Shown here: positions 8,959-18,016 of the stretch, piece by piece
Numbering within the stretch: the first letter of the stretch is position 1
Layout: every line of letters begins with the position of its first letter
Assembly (NCBI GenBank): GCA_020430505.1
Contig: JAGQJT010000001.1
Coordinates: 7,629-71,628 of the forward strand
Origin: Nanobdellota archaeon
Lineage (GTDB): Archaea > Nanobdellota > Nanobdellia > Pacearchaeales > GW2011-AR1
Reading direction: 5' to 3'
Length of the DNA stretch: 64,000 nt
The notes under the pieces: generated by a model
Seen by the model: only the letters and a program-made list of their open reading frames with translations
Told to the model about the DNA's origin: nothing
The model's database searches: none
Position numbers and translations under genes: made by a program

Positions 8959-10659
8959 ATGATAACAAGAAAAGATTTAATAAAAAAGTACATTGAATTC
9001 TTCAAATCTAAAAACCATAAAGAAATTGCAAATTCTTCTTTAATCCCAGACAACGACCCTACAGTATTATTTACTACAGCAGGAATGCATCCCCTAGTTC
9101 CGTTTTTATTAGGTCAAAAACACCCTCAAGGAAAAAGATTAGTAGGAGTGCAAAAATGCATAAGAACAGGAGACATAGAAGAAGTAGGAGATAACTCCCA
9201 TCACACTTTTTTCGAAATGCTTGGAAATTGGAGCTTAGGAGATTACTGGAAAAAAGAAGCAATAGAATACAGTTTTGAATTTTTAACGCAAATTCTTAAA
9301 ATTCCGAAAGAAGAGCTATCTGTAACTTGCTTTGAGGGAGATAAAGATTCTCCAAAAGATACAGAAACTGCTAAGATCTGGAAAAGATTAGGAATAGAAA
9401 AAGTGAAATTCCTTGGAAAAAAAGATAATTGGTGGGGGCCTGCAGGAAAAACAGGTCCATGCGGACCGGATACAGAAATGTTCGTTAAAGATTTAGAAAT
9501 TTGGAACGATGTTTTAATGCAATATGAAAAAGACAAAAGAGGGAATTATAATGAAGCAAAACAAAAGAATATTGACACTGGAATGGGGGTAGAAAGAACA
9601 TTGACGATAATAAATAACTTAGAGGATAACTATGAAACAGAAGTTTGGAAACCAATAATAAAGCAAATAGAAAAATTGTCTGATAAAAAATATTCTGAGA
9701 ATAAAAGAGAAATGAGAATAATTGCAGATCACCTAAAAGCAGCCGTTTTTATCTTGGCAGAAGGAATAAAACCTTCAAATACAGAACAAGGATACGTTTT
9801 AAGAAGACTAATAAGAAGGGCAATAAGATATGGAAAACAATTAGGAATTTCCACTGAAAAAGATTTAACAACTCCTTTGGTGATTGAAATAATAAAGATT
9901 TATCCTGAATATAATCTACTCAAAAAGAATGAAAATATAATAATTGATGAATTAAATAAAGAAGAAGAAAAGTTCGAAAGAACTCTTGAAAAAGGATTAA
10001 ATCTCTTTAGCAAACTTACAAAAGATAAAAAACATTTGACTGGAAAGGAATCTTTCTTATTATTCCAATCATATGGATTTCCAATAGAAATGACTTTGGA
10101 ATTATCAAAAGAAAAGGGAATCAAAACAAGCAAAGAAGATTTTGAAGAAGAGCTAAAGAATCATCAAAAACTTTCACAAACTGCAACAAAAGGAAAGTTC
10201 AAATCAGGTTTAGCAGATCATTCTGAAAAAACAACAAAACTTCACACATCAGCACATCTTTTATTGGCGGCTTTGAAAAAAGTTCTAAAAGATTCGAATA
10301 TATCTCAAAAAGGATCAAACATAAATCCAGAAAGACTAAGGCTAGATTTCTCTTTTGATAGAAAATTAACAGGAGAAGAAATTTCTGAGGTAGAGAAATT
10401 AGTTAATGATCAAATAAAAAAAGAAATTCCTGTATCAAGAGAAGAAATGACTCTTGAAGAAGCAAAAAAACAAGGTGCAGAAGGAGCCTTTGAAGAAAAG
10501 TATAAGGGAATAATCTCTGTTTATACAGTAGGAGATTTTTCAAAAGAAATCTGTACTGGACCACATGTTAAAAATACAAAAGAGATTGGGAAATTTAAAA
10601 TAAAAAAACAAGAATCTTGCGGAGCAGGAGTTAGAAGAATAAAAGCAATCATTCAATAA
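8959..10659 (+). CDS. alaS: alanyl-tRNA synthetase, compact bacterial-type (566 aa)
   Basis: DPTVLFTTAGMHP, KCIRTGDIEEVG, HHTFFEMLGNWSLGDYWK, DTGMGVERT, PSNTEQGYVLRRLIRRA. Editing-site HTSAHLL and CTGPHV present. No C-Ala domain. Confidence 0.88.
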   Translation: MITRKDLIKKYIEFFKSKNHKEIANSSLIPDNDPTVLFTTAGMHPLVPFLLGQKHPQGKRLVGVQKCIRTGDIEEVGDNSHHTFFEMLGNWSLGDYWKKEAIEYSFEFLTQILKIPKEELSVTCFEGDKDSPKDTETAKIWKRLGIEKVKFLGKKDNWWGPAGKTGPCGPDTEMFVKDLEIWNDVLMQYEKDKRGNYNEAKQKNIDTGMGVERTLTIINNLEDNYETEVWKPIIKQIEKLSDKKYSENKREMRIIADHLKAAVFILAEGIKPSNTEQGYVLRRLIRRAIRYGKQLGISTEKDLTTPLVIEIIKIYPEYNLLKKNENIIIDELNKEEEKFERTLEKGLNLFSKLTKDKKHLTGKESFLLFQSYGFPIEMTLELSKEKGIKTSKEDFEEELKNHQKLSQTATKGKFKSGLADHSEKTTKLHTSAHLLLAALKKVLKDSNISQKGSNINPERLRLDFSFDRKLTGEEISEVEKLVNDQIKKEIPVSREEMTLEEAKKQGAEGAFEEKYKGIISVYTVGDFSKEICTGPHVKNTKEIGKFKIKKQESCGAGVRRIKAIIQ

Positions 10660-11746
10660 AATAAACTATATTATCCAAACCATACTTTGAATTTAGTCTT
10701 TCCCATTTGCCCTTAGTAAAAAAGTTTACCACTCCCTTACTTCTTATCCTAGCATAATCTAAAGAATCCCCATATTCATCTAATCCTTCTGGCAAAGAGA
10801 TTCCTTTTGAAATTATCACAATTTCTGGGATAGAAAATAATTGACCTGCTCCTAGATAGGTTCCAGAATCGTCTGTTATTATTGAAGGAGAAGTTGTTTC
10901 GACAAAACAATAACCTGAGCCTCTCAAACTATGCTCCCAAGGACATTTTATTCCTACAGATTCGTGATTTTCATCTTGATAATATAACAAAGAAGTTTCA
11001 TAACCTATTTCATCCAACAACAAAGCTAGAAGTTCAGACTTACCCTCACAAGCCCCAGATTCCTCAAATAAAACCTGGTAAGGAAATCTAGAAACATTAC
11101 TAATACTCAGATTCCCAATGGTTAAGATTTCTTTAGATTCAGAATAAGGAATATTTTGAACTAAGCTTATTGCGATTCTCGCTTGATCAACCTTACTATT
11201 TGGAGCCAGGTTTTGAATCCTTACCACTAAAGGTTCAATAGAAATTCTTTGTAATTCGTCATCTAATTTTATTCTTTTAAATTCATAACGAGAATAAGAT
11301 TCATTGTTGGAAGAATACAATGAACGTGGAAGAGATTTTACATAATCATTTATTCCCCCATAAACGCTAAAAGAAATTGAATCTGACACTCCCTTCAGAG
11401 TATATTGTAAATTCAAATCAACAACCCCTGTTTGCAAAACATTTGAACAGTAATCTCCTTCTTTAAAAAATCCACTCGGACAACCACATCTAGAAGATTT
11501 TTCTACAAGAGTTCCCTGCCCACAAAAATAAGGCTTTGTTAAAGAACAAGAATCATAAAAAGTTCCATCTCCACACGTAGGCATCTTTTCATACAATTTT
11601 TTTTCACCAAAAACACTCAAAACAAGCAATGTGATTATTCCTAAAAAAACTATTAAAATCAAAATAAAAAGAACCTCTTTCAAAATCAAATCAATCTTTT
11701 CTTTGGAATCAACTCTTTTCTTGGATTTTACATAAACCACATCCAT
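10649..11746 (-). CDS. membrane-anchored extracellular protein with Cys-rich module and transglutaminase-like Cys-His core
   Basis: N-terminal TM. CGDGTFYDSCSLTKPYFCGQG...CGCPSGFFKEGDYC. Then GACEGKSELLALLLDEIGY...NHESVGI...CFVETT, which resembles a transglutaminase-fold C/H/acid triad. Confidence 0.5.
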   Translation of the reverse strand: MDVVYVKSKKRVDSKEKIDLILKEVLFILILIVFLGIITLLVLSVFGEKKLYEKMPTCGDGTFYDSCSLTKPYFCGQGTLVEKSSRCGCPSGFFKEGDYCSNVLQTGVVDLNLQYTLKGVSDSISFSVYGGINDYVKSLPRSLYSSNNESYSRYEFKRIKLDDELQRISIEPLVVRIQNLAPNSKVDQARIAISLVQNIPYSESKEILTIGNLSISNVSRFPYQVLFEESGACEGKSELLALLLDEIGYETSLLYYQDENHESVGIKCPWEHSLRGSGYCFVETTSPSIITDDSGTYLGAGQLFSIPEIVIISKGISLPEGLDEYGDSLDYARIRSKGVVNFFTKGKWERLNSKYGLDNIVYFIE

Positions 11747-11780
11747 AAATTAACATATGAAATAAATTATAAAAAGCTAT

Positions 11781-12257
11781 CTAGTCTCCATCCCAAACTT
11801 CATTGACCCTCTTAATAATTGAACTAGCAGCAGGTTTAAATTCATTTTTCCAGAACAAGAATGATCTCTCTAAAAATTCTTTTTCCATTTCCTTATCCCC
11901 CTTAGTTACAATCAAGGAATTCTTTGAAGTAAATGCCATAAGATTTTTTATAAGATTCCAAATCAGTTTCTTATCTTCTTCTAAAGAGAATATCTTTGAT
12001 TCAGTAGAGCTAGGCAAAAATCCAGAATTTGGAACAATTAACCCATTCAGATAATTACTCCAGTTAGCAAATCTTTCAGCAATCTTTGAACATAACTGTC
12101 TTGAAAATTTCTCTCCTACAAAACCATCAAAAAGGATTGCGTCTTTTATTGAGAATTCATCTTCCATCTCTTGGAAACTCATGGACAGACCCATTTCTTT
12201 TTTCAATTCTTCATATCTTTCTTCAAGTTCTTTTAATACAACTTTTTTATCAATCAT
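11781..12257 (-). CDS. hypothetical protein
   Basis: 158-aa ORF in its own slot. No family recognised. Confidence 0.5.
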   Translation of the reverse strand: MIDKKVVLKELEERYEELKKEMGLSMSFQEMEDEFSIKDAILFDGFVGEKFSRQLCSKIAERFANWSNYLNGLIVPNSGFLPSSTESKIFSLEEDKKLIWNLIKNLMAFTSKNSLIVTKGDKEMEKEFLERSFLFWKNEFKPAASSIIKRVNEVWDGD

Positions 12258-12299
12258 AAAAATCTTAGAAAATAAGGTTATTTAAAGATTTTTATTAGA

Positions 12300-12869
12300 T
12301 TATTTTAGAATTTCTTCAAGAAGATCGGGAAATTCATTTGTTCCCATATCCCCAAAAACAAAATGGCCTTTGTTTTTCATTTCGATTAATTTCCCCTTCA
12401 AAGACTCTTCAAATATTTTAGCACTCTTTTTTCCATCCTCATCTTCATCATCAGATGTAAAAATAAGTACTTTTTTCACATTATCTTTAATTGCAGGGAA
12501 AATCTCAAAATCATAAAGTTCATTCTCCCCCTTCGTAAATTCATCACTCCTAATTTTCCAAGGAGCAACCAAGATCAATTTTTTAATTTTTTTACGTGTA
12601 TCTCCAAGCCATCTAACTAAAAAAGCACATCCACAACTATGGCCTACTAAAACAGTTTCTTTACCAATATTCAGCCCATCAAAAATATTTTTCCAATCTT
12701 CATATTTTGGATTCCAAGGCTCGGGCATCAAAGGAGTTTCACAAGCAATCCCTTTGTCAATTAATTTTTCTTTAAGCCAATATAACCAATGTTTATTATA
12801 AGTTCTAGTCTCGGGGGTTTTTTCTTTTTCTTCATTTCCTGGGCAACCGTGAACAATTACAACATTCAT
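12300..12869 (-). CDS. alpha/beta serine hydrolase (RBBP9/YdeN-like family), paralog 1
   Basis: 189 aa. VVIVHGCPGN, nucleophile elbow VGHSCG, C-terminal GHF. The start ATG overlaps the leuS stop (ATGA at 12866-12869). Confidence 0.7.
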   Translation of the reverse strand: MNVVIVHGCPGNEEKEKTPETRTYNKHWLYWLKEKLIDKGIACETPLMPEPWNPKYEDWKNIFDGLNIGKETVLVGHSCGCAFLVRWLGDTRKKIKKLILVAPWKIRSDEFTKGENELYDFEIFPAIKDNVKKVLIFTSDDEDEDGKKSAKIFEESLKGKLIEMKNKGHFVFGDMGTNEFPDLLEEILK

Positions 12870-15304
12870 TCTAAATAAAAACCAGGCATTCCAGGTCTAG
12901 CCCTCTTAGATTTATTTTGGAGATCTATTTTATTGGGGTCTGCAACAGAGAAAACTTTAGCCTTCAAACCCAACTTATCCTCGAGAAATTTTGGATTAAT
13001 TTTATCTAATTCAAAAGGGACTGTATAAATATAAACCATTTTATAATCTCCTTTTGAAACATGAGGATTTATCAAATCAAAAATTTTCGCGTTCAAATCA
13101 ACTTCCTTCTTTTTTATTTTCAATTTTTTAGAATCAAAATCAGGCCATTCATTAATAGAAAGAAATTCCTTTTCTCCCAGTTTGCTCCAAAGTTCTTCTG
13201 TAATGTGCGGGCAAATTGGATTCAAAAGTTTCAAAGCCTTTCCAAAAGTTTCTTTAGAGATTTCCTTTTCTTCAAAAATCATATCGAATAATTCTCTTAA
13301 TTCAATGGTCGCTTTTCTATACTCAAAAGTCTCATAGTAATTTGAAACATTCTTTATTGTATTATTCAACTTAACTTCTAATTTTTCAGAATCCTTTCCA
13401 AATTTCAAATTTGAAAAATCATTAAAAACCCTATTCAAAAATCTTGAACTTCCAGAAATTCCTTTTTCAGACCAATTAAAATCTTTATCTGGAGATGCAA
13501 CTGAAACTAAAAAGAATCTCAAAGTGTCGACTCCATATTCTTTAGAGGTATCTAAAGGATCAACAGTATTTCCAAGAGACTTAGACATCTTTTCTCCATC
13601 TTCTCCATAAATAAATCCTTGATGAAACAATTTATTAAAAGGTTCTCTAAAATTAATTAATTTCATATCTGCCAAGAATTTAGTATAAAATCTGGAATAG
13701 ATTAAATGCATGCAGGCATGCTCTGAACCTCCAACATAATAATCCACAGGACACCAATCTTTTACATTATTCTTATTAAAAATTTCTTTTGAATTCTGAG
13801 GGTCACAATATCTCATGAAGTACCAGGAAGAATTAACAAAAGTATCCATTGTATCTGTCTCTCTTCTTCCTTCTCCTTTACACTTGGGACATTTTGTTTT
13901 AATCCAAGATTCGTTTGTCTCAAGAGGATTTCCTTCACCAAATTTTACTTTGTCTGGAAGTTCAACAGGCAAATCTTTTTCCTTTACAGGAACGATTCCA
14001 CACTTCCCACAATGAATAATTGGAATTGGTGTTCCCCAATACCTCTGTCTTGATATTCCCCAATCTCTCAATCTAAATTGGGTAACTCTTTTACCAAGCT
14101 TATTCTTTATCAACCAATCAGTTATCTTTTTCTTAGCCTCTTCATTTTTCAATCCATTAAAACCAGGAGAATTGACTAAATTGCCCCAATCGGTGTAAGC
14201 TCTTTTCCAGTCATGATCTTTAGGACAACCAATAACTTGTTTAATTTCAATATTGTATTTTTTTGCAAATTCAAAATCTCTTTGATCATGTGCAGGCACA
14301 GCCATAACCATTCCCCCAGCATAATCTGCAACAACAAAGTTACCAGCATAGATTGGAATTTTTTCTTCATTAATTGGGTTTATAGCGTAACTTCCTGTAA
14401 AGACTCCTTCCTTCTCCATATCCGCCAAATCTTTCTCAGAAACAGATTTCAACTTTTTCAAAAATTTTTCAACATCTTTCTTTTGAGAATCAGTTACTAA
14501 ATCCCATAATTTTTTATGCTGAGCTGAAATAACCATAAAAGTAACACCAAACAAAGTATCTGGCCTTGTCGTAAAGATATTCCAATATTTTCCATTTATT
14601 TCAAACTTTATCTCAGTTCCGTGAGATTTTCCAATCCAATTTTTTTGCATTGCTTTTGTCCTCTCAGGCCAATCTTTCAAATTATCAATTCCTTCATATA
14701 ACTCATCCGCATAATCTGTGATTTTCAAAAACCATTGTTTCAAAAATTTAGTTTCAACTTTTGACCCACACCTGTCACAATTTCCAGTCTGCGCTTGCTC
14801 ATTTGCTAAAACCGTTTCACAAGAAGGGCACCAATTAACATTTGATTCTTTTTGATAAGCCAATCCTTTTTCAAACATTTTTAAGAAAATCCATTGATCC
14901 CATCTGTAATAACTAGAATCTGCGCTTGAAATCATTCTCGACCAATCATAACTAAATCCAAGAGTTTTCTGTTGATTAATGAAATTTTTTATTGATTCTG
15001 CTGTATAATTCTTAGGATGAATTCCATCTTTTATTGCAGCATTTTCTGCAGGTAACCCTAAAGAGTCATATCCCATTGGGTGAAGAACATTAAACCCTTT
15101 CAATCTTTTGTATCTTGCGAGAATATCTCCTATTAAAAAATTCCAAGCATGCCCTATATGCAAGCCTTTTCCAGAAGGATAAGGAAACATTTCCAAAACA
15201 TAACATCTCTCAAATTTGGCTATATCCCTTGCCTCAAAAATTTTAGCTTCTTCCCATTTCTTCTGCCATTTTTTTTCAATCTTTCCGAAATCAATATCAC
15301 TCAT
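12866..15304 (-). CDS. leuS: leucyl-tRNA synthetase, bacterial-type
   Basis: Start trimmed to MSDIDFGKIEKKWQKKW (ATG 15304). MFPYPSGKGLHIGHAWNF, HPMGYDSLGLPAEN (bacterial-type signature), KMSKSLGN. Confidence 0.9.
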   Translation of the reverse strand: MSDIDFGKIEKKWQKKWEEAKIFEARDIAKFERCYVLEMFPYPSGKGLHIGHAWNFLIGDILARYKRLKGFNVLHPMGYDSLGLPAENAAIKDGIHPKNYTAESIKNFINQQKTLGFSYDWSRMISSADSSYYRWDQWIFLKMFEKGLAYQKESNVNWCPSCETVLANEQAQTGNCDRCGSKVETKFLKQWFLKITDYADELYEGIDNLKDWPERTKAMQKNWIGKSHGTEIKFEINGKYWNIFTTRPDTLFGVTFMVISAQHKKLWDLVTDSQKKDVEKFLKKLKSVSEKDLADMEKEGVFTGSYAINPINEEKIPIYAGNFVVADYAGGMVMAVPAHDQRDFEFAKKYNIEIKQVIGCPKDHDWKRAYTDWGNLVNSPGFNGLKNEEAKKKITDWLIKNKLGKRVTQFRLRDWGISRQRYWGTPIPIIHCGKCGIVPVKEKDLPVELPDKVKFGEGNPLETNESWIKTKCPKCKGEGRRETDTMDTFVNSSWYFMRYCDPQNSKEIFNKNNVKDWCPVDYYVGGSEHACMHLIYSRFYTKFLADMKLINFREPFNKLFHQGFIYGEDGEKMSKSLGNTVDPLDTSKEYGVDTLRFFLVSVASPDKDFNWSEKGISGSSRFLNRVFNDFSNLKFGKDSEKLEVKLNNTIKNVSNYYETFEYRKATIELRELFDMIFEEKEISKETFGKALKLLNPICPHITEELWSKLGEKEFLSINEWPDFDSKKLKIKKKEVDLNAKIFDLINPHVSKGDYKMVYIYTVPFELDKINPKFLEDKLGLKAKVFSVADPNKIDLQNKSKRARPGMPGFYLE

Positions 15305-15355
15305 TAAAAAATCAAGATAAAGAAGTTTTAAAAGTTGTTGTTGATTAATAAATAC

Positions 15356-15874
15356 ATGGAAAAAATACAGACTCATTTAATCGGAAAAACTTTGACTTCA
15401 AACTCTAAATCAGCTTACCAAATGTCAAAAAAAAGCTATTTTGGAGAAAAAGTAGGGGAGAAAATCCAGTATATGCCTACAGAAGCATTTTATTTATTTG
15501 AAAAAAATCAACTTGAAATCTTTCAAAAGAGCAAAAAACTTCCCAATGAGGAAATTGTAAAAAAACTTCAAAAAATAGACAAGAAATTCCAAGAAAAATA
15601 CATCGTTTTCAAAGATTTAAGAAAGAAAGGGTACATTGTAAAAACGGCTTTAAAATTCGGAGCAGAGTTCAGAGTTTATTCTAAAGGAAAAAAACCAGGT
15701 CAAGAACACGCAAAATGGCTAGTAATCACCGAAAAGGAATCAAACAAAATAAACTGGCATGAATTCTCTTCTAAAAACCGTGTCGCGCATTCAACAAAAA
15801 AGAACTTACTTTTAGGATTAATTGATGAAGAAGGAAAAGTCATTTATTATGAGATTTCCTGGATTAAGCCTTAA
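15356..15874 (+). CDS. endA: tRNA-splicing endonuclease (short homotetramer-type subunit)
   Basis: The ORF track start is TTG, so I use ATG 15356. KKGYIVKTALKFGAEFRVYSKG...HAKWLV catalytic-domain pattern. Confidence 0.8.
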   Translation: MEKIQTHLIGKTLTSNSKSAYQMSKKSYFGEKVGEKIQYMPTEAFYLFEKNQLEIFQKSKKLPNEEIVKKLQKIDKKFQEKYIVFKDLRKKGYIVKTALKFGAEFRVYSKGKKPGQEHAKWLVITEKESNKINWHEFSSKNRVAHSTKKNLLLGLIDEEGKVIYYEISWIKP

Positions 15875-16260
15875 ATTCTCAATCTTTGCAAAGCTATTTC
15901 TGCACTTTCGGACATTTCTTTATCAGGATCCTTCAAAAATCTTTCAACAAAAGGGATAACCCTAGGATCTCCTAAAGTAGCCAAAGCCAAAATTGATTCG
16001 TGTCTAACAAAAAGATTTTCATCTTCTTCAACAGATTTCATCAAATATTTTCCAACTAAATCGCTTCTCCCAGTTTCACCTAAAGAAAAAGCAAACTCAT
16101 GCCTAACTATGGGAGAAGGATCAGTAAATAAACCTTTTACAAGTTTTAAGATATTTTCTTCCTTTACAGCATTCTCTAATTGAAAAGCTGCCTGAATTCT
16201 TTCTTCCATACTTTTTTTCAAATTCAAAACAATCTCACCATAATTATCCTCTCTATCCAT
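15871..16260 (-). CDS. HEAT-repeat protein resembling one half of deoxyhypusine hydroxylase (two His-Glu motifs)
   Basis: 129 aa. PIVRHEFAFSLGE and LFVRHESILALATLGDPRVIPFVERFLKDPD...AEIALQRL are collinear with my recollection of the DOHH N-terminal half. Confidence 0.55.
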   Translation of the reverse strand: MDREDNYGEIVLNLKKSMEERIQAAFQLENAVKEENILKLVKGLFTDPSPIVRHEFAFSLGETGRSDLVGKYLMKSVEEDENLFVRHESILALATLGDPRVIPFVERFLKDPDKEMSESAEIALQRLRI

Positions 16261-16333
16261 ATTAAGTTAAAAAACAAAAGTTAACTTATAAAATTAACCA
16301 AATATTTATAATTGATAACAAGTTCCATAATTC

Positions 16334-17251
16334 ATGACAACAAATACAAGAGAAATAAAAAACAAAATCATTAATTCTTTAAAATCAAAAGGCCCACTTT
16401 TACCGGCATATGTTTCAAAGGAGATTGGGATGGACATGCTTTTTACATCCGCATTTCTGTCAGAACTAATCTCAGAAAAAGAAGTCTATTCAAGCCATAT
16501 GAGAGTTGGAAGCTCAGCAATTTATTATCTAGAAGATCAAAAAAATCAGTTGGAGAAATACCAAGAGCATATAAAAGGAAAGGAAAAAGAAGCTCTTCAA
16601 TTACTCAAGGAAAAATCTTTTCTTGAAGACGAAACCCAAGAGGCTCCAATAAGAGTTGCTTTAAGACAAATAAAGGATTTTGCAATTCCATTTGAACATA
16701 ATGATAAAATAATTTGGAGGTATTTTTTAATTTCAGAAAAAGATTACCCTCACATAGAGATTAAAAAAGAAGAAACAAATCTAATCAAAGAAAAAGAAGA
16801 AATAAAAGAGATAAACAAAATAAAAGATGATGCAAAAGAAAAGCCCAAAGAAAACTTGGAAAAATCTAAAGGATCCGAAAAAGGTGAACAAAAACCTTCC
16901 AGAAAGTTCGTTAAAAAGAAGCTTGCAAAAAAAACAGCCTCACAAAAAAAGAATGAAAAATTCTTTGATAAGGTTAAAAATTTCTTAAGTGAAAAAGGAA
17001 TGGAAATAATCGGAATAGAAGGATTCAGCAAAAGCGATCTGATTCTTACAATAAAGAAAAATAATGAAGATTACCTGCTTGTTGCATTTAATAAGAAAAA
17101 AATTTCTGAAGTAGACATACTCAAAGCGCACAAAAAGGCCACAGAAGAAGACAAGAAGTACATGATTTTTAGCTTAGGGGATCTAACAAAGAAGCTAGAG
17201 AACTTCATTGAAGCCATAAGAAACCTCTCAAATATTGAAAAAATTGAATAA
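16334..17251 (+). CDS. hypothetical protein: winged-helix-like N-terminus, K/E-rich linker, possible PD-(D/E)xK-like C-terminus
   Basis: 305-aa ORF. Domain guesses come from pattern only (SDLILT...YLLVAFNKKK). Confidence 0.45.
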   Translation: MTTNTREIKNKIINSLKSKGPLLPAYVSKEIGMDMLFTSAFLSELISEKEVYSSHMRVGSSAIYYLEDQKNQLEKYQEHIKGKEKEALQLLKEKSFLEDETQEAPIRVALRQIKDFAIPFEHNDKIIWRYFLISEKDYPHIEIKKEETNLIKEKEEIKEINKIKDDAKEKPKENLEKSKGSEKGEQKPSRKFVKKKLAKKTASQKKNEKFFDKVKNFLSEKGMEIIGIEGFSKSDLILTIKKNNEDYLLVAFNKKKISEVDILKAHKKATEEDKKYMIFSLGDLTKKLENFIEAIRNLSNIEKIE

Positions 17252-17285
17252 AAAGCTTTAAAAAACCTCAAACCTCTTTTTCTCC

Positions 17286-17489
17286 ATGGGAAAGATAAAA
17301 TCAAAACAAATAAAGAGATCTGCTCATGGATTGATGGAAGCAGGGATAGATTTTTCTGAAGACTTCGAAAAAAACAAAAAAATACTTGGAAAGGAAATGC
17401 CCAGTAAGAAGATGAGAAATCAAATGGCAGGATATTTAACAAGACACAACAAGAAAAAGGCTCAAGAGAAGAAAGAACTTGAGGCCTAA
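17286..17489 (+). CDS. rps17e: 30S ribosomal protein S17e
   Basis: 67 aa. MGKIKSKQIKRSAHGLME... is the typical eS17 N-terminus. Confidence 0.85.
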   Translation: MGKIKSKQIKRSAHGLMEAGIDFSEDFEKNKKILGKEMPSKKMRNQMAGYLTRHNKKKAQEKKELEA

Positions 17490-17505
17490 ACTTCTAACAA
17501 AATCC

Positions 17506-17513
17506 TTTTAAAT
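17506..17513 (+). promoter_or_regulatory. TATA-like box (TTTTAAAT) 23 nt upstream of tRNA-Met
   Basis: Position and sequence match the other tRNA promoters in this window. Confidence 0.4.
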
Positions 17514-17535
17514 CGTTTTCATTTACTAACTTTAA

Positions 17536-17609
17536 GGCTCCATAGCTCAGTTGTTTAGAGCGCTGCTCTCATGAGGCAGAGGTCCTGAGTTAGAATCTCA
17601 GTGGAGCCA
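17536..17609 (+). tRNA. tRNA-Met/Ile2 (anticodon CAU), elongator-type
   Basis: Acceptor GGCTCCA/TGGAGCC, anticodon stem CTGCT/GGCAG, loop CTCATGA. No initiator features (G1-C72, no GGG/CCC stem). Confidence 0.85.
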
Positions 17610-17954
17610 TTAATTCAGTTTAACTCCATCATCTTTCTTTCTAGGAATAATGTGAAAATGCAAATGTGGAACTAACTGCCCCGAATCAGGAAAGTTATTC
17701 TGAACAATGTTGAAACCTGTCGCACCAACTTCTTTCATGACCTTTAATGAAACTTCTTTTATTGTGGAAATTAATTCAGGACCCATACTAATAGGAAAAT
17801 CCAAAATGGTTTCAAAATGTTTTTTGGAGATAACTAATGCATGTCCTTCAGAAATTGGATGAATGTCTTTTATTGCAAAAAAGTTATCGTCTTCAAAAAC
17901 CTTTTTAGAAGAGATCTCCCCATTTGCAATCTTACAAAAAACACATTCACTCAT
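17610..17954 (-). CDS. HIT family (histidine triad) nucleotide hydrolase
   Basis: 114 aa. CVFCKI...PISEGHALVISKKH...PHLHFHIIPR. Confidence 0.85.
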   Translation of the reverse strand: MSECVFCKIANGEISSKKVFEDDNFFAIKDIHPISEGHALVISKKHFETILDFPISMGPELISTIKEVSLKVMKEVGATGFNIVQNNFPDSGQLVPHLHFHIIPRKKDDGVKLN

Positions 17955-18016
17955 GCAAAATAAATAAAAAAGAACTATATAAAATTAATTAAAAATAAAA
18001 AAATCTAAAAGAGGTT

